Part shown: positions 1 through 12,234 of the stretch, piece after piece
How positions within the stretch are numbered: position 1 is the first letter of the stretch
Layout: the number at the start of each line of letters is the position of its first letter
Assembly (NCBI GenBank): GCA_951406725.2
Contig: OX597823.1
Coordinates: 59,582,001-59,646,000 of the forward strand
Source: Octopus vulgaris
Taxonomy: Eukaryota
Length of the DNA: 64,000 nt
Direction of reading: 5' to 3'
Program-made: the position numbers and the translations under genes
The notes under the pieces: model-generated
Told to the model about the DNA's origin: nothing
Seen by the model: only the letters and a program-made list of their open reading frames with translations
Database searches by the model: none

Positions 1-201
1 TATATATATATATATATATATACTGTTGTTTTCGGGGAGAGTCATTCTCTTTTAGTGCTTTACAATTTAACACAGTCACCATTAAAATTTCCCCTTATTT
101 CTTATAAGTCACTAAAAGAGAATAACTCTCCTCAGACACAACAGAATATGCTTCAACACATGAACTCACATAAAGGATCTTGCAAACCAAATCCCAAAAC
201 G

Positions 202-242
<41 letters not shown>

Positions 243-346
243 CATATAACTACTTCACTATTTTCTCTTCTTTTTCTTCTTCTTTCTCTTTCTTCCTTCT
301 CTGCTGCCTTCTTCTTCTCTCTTCTTTTTCTTTCCAACTGGGGTAG

Positions 347-380
<34 letters not shown>

Positions 381-738
381 TCTACTGCAACACCCCCATT
401 TCTCTCCCTCTGTTCTTACTCTAACCTCTCATCACCTGACACAAAACCATCTCTCTCAATATCACTCCCACTCTCAGTTAAAGGAGGAGGCCTTTGTTTC
501 GCAAGTTACTTGGTGACCTGGCTTCTGCTGCTGCTGCTGTTGCTGGTGATATCCAGAGGAAAAAGCACCCTGTACACTCTAAGGAGTTTGCATTATGATG
601 GCCAGCCTGCTGTACAAAACATGGAAGCCATGCCAAAGCAAACAGAGAACTTGGTACATTCTTCTGATTTGTCAGTTCCTATAAAAAGTTCATGCTAGCA
701 GAGAAAAAAATGGACATTAAATGATGGTGATAATTAAT

Positions 739-1663
739 GAATGGCAAGTGTATTCATGGAAAAAGTAACAGTACTCAATACTTACAGTAAGCAGAGAGAA
801 CTATTTATAAATGTGTAATAGTTATAATCAACCCTATGCTAATGGATCTAATGCCTGCATCTTATAAACTTTTGTTGAAAATGTTGTCACAATGAAGCTT
901 AACAAACCTGATTACTATTTAAATGTCAGATCTTAGATATGAAATGAATGCAGACATTTTGAAATTATTGTTTATAAAACTGGAAAATTACACAAAATTA
1001 TCAAATGGATTTACCACAGTGGGGTACATCATGAAAACAGACGTATGTATACTCAATATATTTCTTCTTTATGTTGACTTAAAATTTTCAAGTGTAACAA
1101 ATAATAATTTTTAATTGGTAACGGCGATAAATGATCAAATTCATCAAAAAAAGGAAAGGAAAATAGAAAAAGAGCAAATATGAAGCCATCAGTTTACGCT
1201 ATTTTCCTATGCTATAACGTCTGACATTATACCTACATTAATATGTATACATATCTATGTACATACATACATACACACACACATACATACATACAAACAT
1301 ACATACATACATACACACATACATACATACTTACATACACACATGCATACATACATACATACATACATACATACATACATACATACAGAGAGACAGAGAG
1401 AGAGAGACAAGAAGACAGAAACACACAGACACACACAAGAACATGTGCTCAAACACACAAACATACTACATATATATATATGTGTGTGTATTGAATATAT
1501 GCTTAGCTTTTTTTTTACCTCTGATGAGATTCTACTTAATAATGATTTGATTATTTCAATTAAAATCTTTAAAGTCTGAATCGAAACAGCTGTCAGGAAT
1601 TATGCCCATGTTTGCAATTTATAAGTATAATTATTTGTTTATCAATCTCTATTTTCTTATTTT

Positions 1664-1701
<38 letters not shown>

Positions 1702-1735
1702 AAAACAAGAAAATAGAGATAAACAAACAAATAAT

Positions 1736-1834
<99 letters not shown>

Positions 1835-2412
1835 ATATGTTTGTGTGTTTGAGCACATGTTCTTGTGTGTATCTGTCTGTCAGTCTCTCTGTCTCTCTGT
1901 ATGTATGTAGGTAGGTAGGTATAACGTCAGACGTTATAGTATAGGAAAACAGTGTAAACTGAAGGCTTCATATTTGCTCTTTTTTTTTTTCCTTTCCCTT
2001 TTTTTTTATGAGTTTGATCATTTATCGCCTTTACCAATTAAAAATTATTATTTGTTACACATGAAAATTTTAAGTCAACATAAAGAAGAAATATATTGAG
2101 TATACATACGTCTATTTTCATGATGTTCCCCACTGTGGTAAATCCATTTGATAATTTTGTGTAATTTTCCAGTTTTATAAACGATAATTTCAACGTGTTT
2201 GCATTCATTTCATATCTAAGATCTGACATTTAAATAGTAATCAGGTTTGTTAAGATTCATTGTGACAACATTTTCAACAAAAGTTTATAAGATGCAGGCA
2301 TTAGATCCATTAGTATAGGGTTGATTATAACTATTACACATTTATAAATAGTTCTCTCTGCTCACTGTAAGTATTGAGTACTGTTACTTTTTCCATGACT
2401 ACGCTTGCCATT
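739..2412. repeat. Large inverted duplication (arms ~739-1490 and ~1830-2412)
   Basis: Left arm atggcaagtgtattcatggaaaaagtaacag... is the reverse complement of ...ctgttactttttccatgactacgcttgccatt. Mirror-image 63-aa ORFs at 923..1114(+) and 2038..2229(-) are near identical. Confidence 0.95.
1518..1597 (+). ncRNA. Type I hammerhead ribozyme with extended stem II
   Basis: cct-CTGATGA-gattc...gaatc-GAAA-cagctg-TC-agg. Canonical core, stem I cct/agg, stem II gattc/gaatc, palindromic stem III. Confidence 0.85.
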
Positions 2413-2416
2413 TATA

Positions 2417-2490
<74 letters not shown>

Positions 2491-2493
<3 letters not shown>

Positions 2494-2868
2494 GGTTGTA
2501 TACTGTCAATCTAACAAGAACGTGACAGTAGGGGGAACGCCTCCTGATAGCTTTGACACAATTTTTCCCTGTGTCCTTATATACATATACGAAGGGGAGA
2601 CAAACACCCCCGGCCGCCGGAACTGCATCTAGGGACACCGTGTTTCAGGATCGTTGTCCTTCATCGGCCTAGAGTAGCAGATACCGGTCAGCTGGTGATA
2701 TTTGCCTCGACTTCGTAATTGTATATATTTATATTCAGTGAAGTTTATTCACTGATTATCAAAATAAGAAATATTGAATTCCTAAATCTCTCGTAGAGAC
2801 ATGTACGGTGGTGGGGCGATAGAATGGTTGTATACTGTCAATTTAACAAGAACGTGACAGTAGGGGGT
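2491..2868 (-). mobile_element. Small non-coding retroelement (Penelope-pLTR/retrozyme-like) with ~45-bp terminal direct repeat
   Basis: aatggttgtatactgtcaatYtaacaagaacgtgacagtaggggg occurs at 2491-2535 and 2823-2867. An internal hammerhead is present and both flanks are (TA)n. Confidence 0.7.
2628..2673 (-). ncRNA. Type I hammerhead ribozyme (U4C core variant)
   Basis: Minus strand: tctagg-CCGATGA-agga caacga tcct-GAAA-cac g gtg-TC-cctaga. Stem I 6 bp, stem II 4 bp. Confidence 0.85.
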
Positions 2869-3549
2869 ACATATATATATATATCATCATCATCATCATC
2901 ATCGTTTAACGTCCGTTCTCCATGCTAGCATGGGTTGGATATATTTATTGACATATATTCAATATATATATATCCTTTTAATCCTCTCAGTCATTTGCCT
3001 GCAGCCATACTGGAGCACCACCTTTAGTTGAACAAATCACCTTGGCACCTATTCTTTATAAGCCTATTACTTATTCTTATTGTCTCTGTTGCCAAACAGC
3101 TAAGTTACAGGGACACAAGCACGTCAACATTGGTTGTCAAGCATTAGTGGGAGGACAAACACAGACACACAAATACATACATTTGTTTACAACCCTGTAA
3201 CTTAGCAGTTCAGCAAAGGAAACCAATAGAACAAGTACCAGACTTTTAAAAAATGAGTACTGAAGTTTATTTGACTAAACCATTCAAAAAGCAATGCTCC
3301 ACAGTCCAATGCCTGAAATAAACAGAATGCAAAATCAAAAATTAAACGAGTTACCATATAGAGATTGAATTAGTAAAGTGAATTAAGCAGAAGCCCTTTA
3401 CAGCCGGACAATTCATGTATCTACTCTACAGCAGGACACCTGTCCTTGTCCCTCTATACCTCTAATCACCCATCAGCAGGCACAAAGCCAACACCCTCAC
3501 TACTACTTCCTCCTCCCAGTTAAGAGGTTTTTGTTTTGTGAGTAATTTG

Positions 3550-4095
3550 GTGACCCTGTCAGTGCTGGTGCCATGTAAAAAAACACCACTGCTAGTGCCA
3601 TGTAAAAAACACTGATACTAGGGCTATGTAAAAGCACTGAAGCTGCTGCCACATAATAAAGCACTGGTGCTGGTGTCATGTAAAAAGCGCTGGTACTGGT
3701 GCCATGCAAAATCACTAGTGCTGGTGCCACATAAAAAGCACTGGTGCCACATAAGAAGTATTATTGCTGGTGTCACATGAAAAATGCCAGTGCCAGTAAC
3801 ACATAAAACGCACAGGTGATGGTGCCACGTAAAAAGCACCAGGGCTGGAGCCACATATAAAGCACCAGTGTTGGTACCACGTATAATGCACTGATGATGG
3901 TGGCATGTAAAAAGCACCCAGTATACTCTATAAAGTGGTTGGCATTAATTAAGAAGGGAATTCAGCCCAGCTGTAGAAACCATACTTAAGCAGACAGTAG
4001 AGCCTTGTACATCCTACTGGCCTTACTAGCCCCTGTCAAACTGCCCAACCCATACCAGCTTGGAAAATGGACGTTAAATGACAATGATAATGATG
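3550..4095 (+). mobile_element. SINE-like repeat with internal ggtgccacgtaaaaagcac array and gacgttaaa-(tga)n tail
   Basis: About 11 degenerate copies of the motif, followed by the same 3' tail seen at 24900-25060 and 59305-59470. Confidence 0.7.
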
Positions 4096-4648
4096 AATAT
4101 GAATTCAAAAGGAAAAAAAAATGAAACAGCAGATGCTCCGTGGTATAACTGCTCACTCAGTTCTCTATCGCTATGCAAGTGATAAAATACCAGTTCAAAT
4201 CTTTTCAGTAAGCTTGATATTCTTATCTGTCTTTCAAATTGTTGCTGCTTATAATGTTTTAATATTATTTCTACCAATTTGAAATAATCTCAACAATTGA
4301 TATCATTGCTCATCCAGGTATTTTTAATGCCCCTTATTTCTTGGTTATCCTATTGCTACGAATGCTGAAGAGTATACACAAAGGATTAGATTATTGTCAA
4401 ACTGTTGAATTGATGACTTAACAAAATAATCTGGCAGTCATTTGATCAGAGGACAAATGTCATGGGCTTTGTTATAGTTTATATTAATCAGGTTACGACT
4501 ATTGTTGTCAAAAGTTCGAGATAATTGTGAAAGAGAGAATATTATTTTTGGAAAGACAGGTAGGAAGCCAATTATAAACAGCGTAAATATGTATCTATCA
4601 CTCTCACTATTTCTTCCCTCTTTCTCTCTTTCCCTCTGTGAATATATG

Positions 4649-4688
<40 letters not shown>

Positions 4689-5135
4689 TATTCACACACT
4701 CATATATGTAGAGACATACATACGTATGCATATATATATTTATATATGTATATATATATATATCATCATCATCATCGTTTAGCGTCCGTTTTCCATGCTA
4801 GCATGGGTTATACATATATATATTTATACATATATATATTATACATATATATATTTATACATATACATATATATTTATACATATATATTTATACATATAC
4901 ATATATATTTATACATATATATATATATATTTATACATATATATATATATTTATACATATATATATATATTTATACATATATATATTTATACATATATAT
5001 ATATTTATACATATATATATATTTATACATATATATATATATTTATACATATATATATATACATATATACATATATGTACAATATATACAGATATACATA
5101 CATATATTATACATATATATAGCTGTATAGTGTGT

Positions 5136-5173
<38 letters not shown>

Positions 5174-5501
5174 ATATAAATAGGAGTTGGCGCTTTTGTA
5201 CTTTGGAAGTTTTGCTCATTTAATATAGAATTTTTAATGAGACTGCAGGGAAATTACACAAATAAAATCCAATTGGAAAGCAGAAGTAAGGAAATAATCA
5301 TGTAAAGGAAATTGATTTCTCTCCCTTGGTGATGTACTAGGTGTCTGATTAAATCCTTTTCTATACTGTGTAGTTTATTGCTGCTTACTATAAAAGAAAG
5401 GAAAGAATAACACTATGCCATCAAAATGCACATCTAAACACTATATATATATGTGTGTGTGTGTGTGTACGTATATACATATATATAAATGTGTGTGTGT
5501 G

Positions 5502-5554
<53 letters not shown>

Positions 5555-6379
5555 TTATACATTTATTTATATGATTTTATATGTGTGTATTTATGCGCAT
5601 ACATATGTATTGTATTGTATGAATCTCTGCATGTATATATCTGCATCTGTGTGTGTGTGTGTATAAATAAATAAATAAATAAATAAACAAATGTGTGTGT
5701 GTGTGTGTGTACAGAGAGGGGGAAGGAGAAAGGAGAGAGAGAGAGAGAGAATGAGAAGTACTGACTGAAAGATAAGCAGATATATATATAAAGCAAGCAT
5801 TTATTTAAAATTACATATGTACGTATCTCTGTGGAGGGGGATGCATGTGTGTGTATGTATGTCTGTATGTATGTATGCATGTATGCATGCATGTATGTAT
5901 ATATGTATGTATGCATGTATGTATATGAGAAGAAGCATTTCTTATAAACATGCATTTTTAATGCCACATTTTACAGTACCATGCATTTTCTTATAATTTC
6001 TTATGTGTTTCTTTGTATTTTGTAGGAATGGCAAATCTGGTTAAATCTTGACAAATCCAATCAACATTTTTATTATTTCATCATGGTCACATCTTCCTGT
6101 AAAAGTGGCTGGTGCTGGAAGATACTGCTTACATCATCATCATCATCATCATCATCATAATCGTCATTTAATATCCATTTTCCATGCTAGCATGGGGGTT
6201 GGATAGTTTGACAGGATCTGGTGAGACATAGGGATAAACCATGCTACATGTGAGCTTTGGCATGGTTTTTATGGCTGGATGTTTTTCCTAATGCTAAAAA
6301 CATTACAGTGTGTACTGGTTGACATTTTTTCTAATGCCACCAGCACTCTTGAGGTTGCAAAGTAATTTACATGACAAGG

Positions 6380-6604
6380 AACTAGCAGAAACGTTAGCAC
6401 GCAGGGTGAAATACTTAGTGGTATTTCATCCGCCGTTATGTTCTGAGTTCAAATTCCGCTGAGGTCGACTTTGTCTTTCATCTTTTCGGGGCCAAAAATT
6501 AAGTACCAGTTATGCACTGGAGTCGATGTAATCGACTTAATCCCTTTTGTCTGTCCTTGTTTGTCCCCTCTATGTTTAGCCCCTTGTGTGCAATAAAGAA
6601 ATAA
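6380..6604 (+). mobile_element. tRNA-derived SINE, family A
   Basis: B-box gagttcaaattcc and central gtcgactttgtctttcatcttttcgggg...aagtaccag. Matches the copies at 11973 and 45644. Confidence 0.85.
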
Positions 6605-8571
6605 GGAAGAACAAGAAAAAGAGAAGGGGAAAAGGGAAGCCCTATCAACTAACTGGGGAAGTGGCATAGCTAATAGGGGAGCACATTTTCCAAAATTGGC
6701 ACCTCTTCAACAATGTTTTTAACTGTTTGGTTCACTTGTGCGATAAAAATTGAATTTTTTTTTTTTTCTGTTAATCACATGACTTTGAAGAACTCTCTGG
6801 AGTCATTACTTTATTTGACCAACCTCCTGTGTTTTTGAACTGTCTGCACAATCTCTTGTGATGTGTTGGTGCCCGCTGCCATCTGAAGAACCAAAACAAA
6901 CCTTGACGTCATAACTTCTTGACACTGGACTATCTCGTGAAGTTTCATCTTCTTACATCAGTAAGTTTTATACGTAATGACATTGTTACTGGAACATGAA
7001 GTTAAGGAATGTATAATACAATTACATTTATTATATGTAATAAAATATTTCATGCAATATAGGAGAAATGAGTTAAAAATTTGTTTGGTATGTGTCACAG
7101 CGCCTTCTTGTTAAGTGTCTGCTTCCACTAATTTTAGAACCTGGTTACACCTCTGAAGTGGGGATTACCTCAATAATGAATATGATCTTATTATTGTGAT
7201 TGATGACCTCATTAATAATGTTGGGTAGCATTATGATGGACTGCAGGGTGTACATAGAGGTTACAGCTACAGTTCTAGAAATGAGGGCATAAGACTGTTG
7301 GAGGTCTATTGATGCAATGACTTGATGATATGCAAAACTGAATTCAGGAAATAAGTCAGTCATCTATTCACCTATCAAACTGATATGCCTTTCATGTAGG
7401 CAGGATAAATGAAATTGGGGGAAAGAGTCAAAAGGGTAGATCACGGGTTCAATTCCTGGACCAGGTAATGCATTTTGTCCTTGAGCAAAACATTTCATTT
7501 CACATTGTTCTGCAGGAAGGAGAGTGGCAGAATCATTAGTACATCAGCAGAAGTGCTTTACAGTACATCTTCCAGCTCTCTACATTCTGAGTTCAAATCC
7601 TACCTGCCTGGAGGAGTCAGTGGAAAAACGACTAAATTATTCCCTCCAAGTCTCATCATGGTAGCCAAAGTTTGAGTAAGCTACTTAATGGTGATAGGGG
7701 AGAGTCTTTACCTTATCTGCTCCATCTTCTTGCTTACTATTTAAAATTGTCACATGCAAGTTCCCAGCATTGAATTCAGCTAAGTCTTAGGCATTATTTG
7801 TTCATTAAGATGTGATCCAAAACTGAATTGCCCTACATTTTCTCTCTCCCTTTCTCATAAAACTGCAAGTGCTGTATGTGCAGCAAATGTATTCAATAGT
7901 AAATAATAATCCTTACTACTAAAGGCTCAAGGTCTGAAATTCTGTGGGAGGGGACTAGTTGATTACCAGTATTTCACTGGCACTTAAGATATTGACCCTA
8001 AAAGGATAAAAGACAAAGTCAACCTCAACGGAATTTGAACTCAGAACCTAAAGTTGAATGAAATGCCACTAAGCATTTTGCCTAGCATGCTAACAATTCT
8101 GCCAGCTTGTCACCTCGTTAGTTAATAATAATGTTTTTCATCAGTATTATTAAATATTCTGCAATGTTAGATTGACTGCCTATTCATAAGATAGTACTAA
8201 AATCAGAATTATAAAATTCTAGTCGTATTACTAATAATCATATTATTATAAATTTGCAGCTTTATTGAGATTATTATGATAGAGTCTGAGCAATTATAAA
8301 AGTTTTATTAGAGATTTCATGTAGAGAAAATAGCATGTGTCTGCATATTATTACCCACTTCTTTTGCTTTCCCATTCCAACCACACCTTTAATAAAGACA
8401 AACATGATTTACTCTCCTAGCAGCTCATTACCTTCCCTCTGTAGAAGTACAGGTATAATGTTTGGGTGTACACCCATTAGACACCACACTGACCTATATG
8501 TTCTTGAATGTGTGGAGTAAGCATCTACATGTGTGTGTACAATGTTTACTTATTTAGATATGAGTAAGTGT

Positions 8572-8907
8572 CAAGGTGCATGGTTCAGTGGCTAGAGTGT
8601 CAGGCTCACAGTCATAGGGTAGTGAGTTCGATTCCCAGACTGGGCTGTGTGTTGTGTTCTTGAGCAAGATACTTTATTTTACATTGTTCCAGTTCACTCA
8701 GCTGTAGAAATGAGTTGCAACATCATTGGTGCCAAGCTGTATCAGACTTTGTCTCACCGAAAACATCGGTGGCATGGAGAGGGGAGGCTGATATGCATGG
8801 ATGACTGCTGGTCTTCCATAAACAACATCACTCGGACTTGTGCCTCAGAGGGTAACTTTCTAGTACAACCTCATGGTCATTTATGACTGAAGGGTGTCTT
8901 TAACCTT
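8572..8907 (+). mobile_element. tRNA-derived SINE, family D
   Basis: A-box tggttcagtgg, B-box gagttcgattcc. Homologous copy at 33060-33385. Confidence 0.85.
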
Positions 8908-9404
8908 TTATATAGATATGAAATATTCTAATTGCATATGCCTGCATCCTATGTACTTCATTTCTGAATAAAGAACAAGATGATTACAGATGAAATGATT
9001 TCAAGTGTATGACTGTTCAATAACAGCTGGCTTAGGTTTAACTGTTTAGCATTCAGTTTACTTTGTCAAATATAATGCTTATTTATTCACATTGCTTTGA
9101 ATTAATCATGTGTTATGATGCGGCTCTGAGATTTTGATGATGTAATTGTTTATTTTTAGAATGACATTGTGGGGTAGGTGTAAGAAGCTGGATCTGGTCA
9201 GTTTGGACACAAAACAGATGGAATATTTTAGGCTGAATATGGCTGGTTTTGAATACAAAGACGTTCAACAAAAACGTGGGCAGTTGCAAGTCTTTCAAAA
9301 GGTTGCAGTTCTGGACATAGAATATGGTGAAAGTGCTTAGTGTAAGTAAATGCTGAGTTGCAATACATATGTTCTTCCTTTTTTTTTAGATGGAAGGGTT
9401 TTTT

Positions 9405-9808
9405 CTTTTCTTGTTTCAGTCATTTGACTGTGTCCATGCTGGAGCACCACCTTTAGTCGAGTAAACTGACCCCAGGACTTATTTTTTGTGAGCCGAGTAC
9501 TTATTCTATCAGACTCTTTTGCTGAACTGCTAAGTTAAGTGAAGTAAACAGATCAGCATCAGTTGTCAAGTGATGTTGGGGGTACAAACACAGACATACA
9601 AAACATATGCACACACACACACATATATATATATAGACATATATACGATGGGCTTCTTTCAGTTTCTGTCTACCAAATCCTCTCACAAGGCTTTGATCAG
9701 CCTGAGGCTATAGTAGAAGACACTTGCCCTAGGTGCCACACAGTGGGACTGAACCCAGAACCATGTGGTTCGTAAGCAAGCTACTTACCACACAGCCACT
9801 CCTATGCC
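9405..9808 (-). mobile_element. tRNA-derived SINE, family B
   Basis: Reverse complement of the element at 62144-62548. Confidence 0.85.
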
Positions 9809-10060
9809 TATGTTTGAGAAAGATTTGGCTGCTATATCTCGACTGCCAAAAAAATATGTAGGGGGTTCCTTCATAGCTTACATGGTCGCCATGAGAAATC
9901 ATGTGACAGTGTGTGGGCTGACATATTGTTAACCATTTTAAGGTCTATAATCTCTAAAAAGATATTGTGTTGAAAGTGTTTCTCCATGAGGCATACATAT
10001 GTACACATGCATACACATACACACATTCTTACTTCCATGTACATATATGTGTATATATAT

Positions 10061-10149
<89 letters not shown>

Positions 10150-10209
10150 CATATATATGTATGTATATGTGTGTGTTTATATATATATATATCTATATAT
10201 GTGTGTGTT

Positions 10210-10242
<33 letters not shown>

Positions 10243-10936
10243 GTATGTGTGTGTGTGTGTTTATATATATATGACTATATATACATACACACACACGCAT
10301 GCATGCACATACAAACACGCATGCACACACATGTACACACATACATAATACATACACACATATTTAGTAATTGTGTTATTCTCATACAGTTGATTAAGAT
10401 TAGGTTGTTATGCATCCCTTTGAAGAATATTTTCCAGACCTTTGATCACGAACGTAATGTAAGTTTAGCATGAGATGACTAGGTTACTCGTGAATGGTGC
10501 CCATATGCAAAAAATGTAGTCAGAAAATGCAATGTGGTATCATCTACATATGAATAACGTGTATGTGTGTATGAGTGTGTGTTTGTGTGCATGTGTGTGT
10601 TTGTGTGTTTGTGTCTGTATGTGTGTGTGTGTATAATTCAAAGTAACGTCATGCATTGATAAGGGAAAGGGAGAATGAAAGAGATACAAGAAGCAATTAA
10701 CCACAACCAGAATTTGAATTCAGAGCTTTAATCTGCAGCTATTTACACGCGCATGTGTTTTTTCTATATTGTCTGAGCTGTATGGGAGGGATATTGACTT
10801 TTGGATGTTGAGTAGTTATGCTCTGAAGGCAGATGGTTTATATATAAATATCTATGCGTGTATGTGTGTGTATGTATATATGTATATAAATATGTATGTG
10901 TATATATATATATATATATAAATATATGTATGTATA

Positions 10937-10991
<55 letters not shown>

Positions 10992-11232
10992 CATATCATC
11001 AAAATAAGCAACAGGATATCAAATAGTAATGCAGTATGACCATTGCTTATTTTGATTCTATTCACCTTACTTCGAGCTGCGCAGATAATACCGGACCGAA
11101 TTGGTGCTTCAATTTAAGTACCTAACTTGACTGAATCTCAGTTATTTTATATTTACATACATACATATATATATTCGTTTTTTTCTCTCCTTTTTTCCTC
11201 TCCTTCTTTCTCTCCTTGTTTTTTCTGTGTCC

Positions 11233-11268
11233 CTTTCTGTAGAAGAGCGTAGGCTCGAAACATAAAAG
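11233..11268 (+). ncRNA. Minimal hammerhead-like motif with variant core
   Basis: cttt-CTGTAGA-a-gagc gtag gctc-GAAA-ca-TA-aaag. Stems I and II pair perfectly, but the core has A6->U. Confidence 0.5.
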
Positions 11269-11355
11269 ACTTTTTCTATTCCTGAGCGTTATACTAATAT
11301 ATCTGTTTGTTTTGTACACCACCTGTCTTCGTCTTTTGTTTTTTTCGTAAACTCT

Positions 11356-11398
<43 letters not shown>

Positions 11399-11972
11399 GT
11401 GATGTTAGAGGTCAATATATATGTTGCTATTATGGTCCTGTTTTGGTGTTTTCTTTCTCTTTTTTCAGATGCAGGATATGCATATGAGCGTACAGAGATG
11501 ATTTTTTGGACGTTCCAATGTTGTGTTCCAATGATTTTTTTTCGTACATATACTTTGAGGGGATTTTTGATGTAACGTGTAAAATTTTGAAGTTGAAGTT
11601 TGCTATGATAACAAACTCTGTTGGTTGTATCTTTTCATATCTACAGTGGTCATTCATTTTAAAGTACTTTTTTATTTCCTTCTGTAGGCACGATCTGTGT
11701 ACAACCTCTTAAAATGTGAAGTGTGCTGGCATGAGGAGTGTTGGTGACCTCACTAGCACTGACGGCACAAAAAGAAAAAAAAGCACTCAGCAAGATGATA
11801 GGCATTAGGAAGTCATTCACACATAGAGACCATGCCGAAGCAGACACTGGAACATGATGCAGTTCTTGGACTCATCAAAGCTTGTGAAACCATACAACCC
11901 AGGCCAGCAAGGAACATGGACTTTATATTATTATCATTATTATTTTTATTATTATTATTATCATTATTATTG

Positions 11973-12204
11973 AAGGCGGCGAACTGGCAGAAACGTTAGC
12001 ACGCTGGGTGAAATGTGTAGCCGTATTTCGTCTGCCATTATGTTCTGGGTTCAAATTCCGCCGAGGTCGACTTGCCTTTCATCCTTTTGGGGTCGATAAA
12101 TTAAGTACCAGTTACACACTGGGGTCGATGTAATCGACTTAATCCGTTTGTCTGTCCTTGTTTGTCCCCTCTGTGTTTAGCCCCTTGTGGGTAGTAAAGA
12201 AATA
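11973..12204 (+). mobile_element. tRNA-derived SINE, family A (full length)
   Basis: aaggcggcgaactggcagaaacgttagc...gggttcaaattccgccgaggtcgac...gtaaagaaata, embedded in (ATT)n. Confidence 0.9.
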
Positions 12205-12234
12205 TGTTATTATTATTATTATTATCATTGTCAT

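Noticed and set aside
1233-1856. YI/YM/CV/HT-repeat ORFs here and throughout the window
   Set aside because: These are translations of (TA)n, (TACA)n and (CA)n microsatellites.
3550-3915. CRISPR-like repeat-spacer appearance
   Set aside because: Eukaryotic context, short related linkers, no cas genes, and part of a dispersed repeat.
6025-11700. Scattered plus-strand splice-like sites (acceptors ~6025, ~11468, ~11687, donor ~6960)
   Set aside because: No coherent open frame or recognisable product could be assembled.
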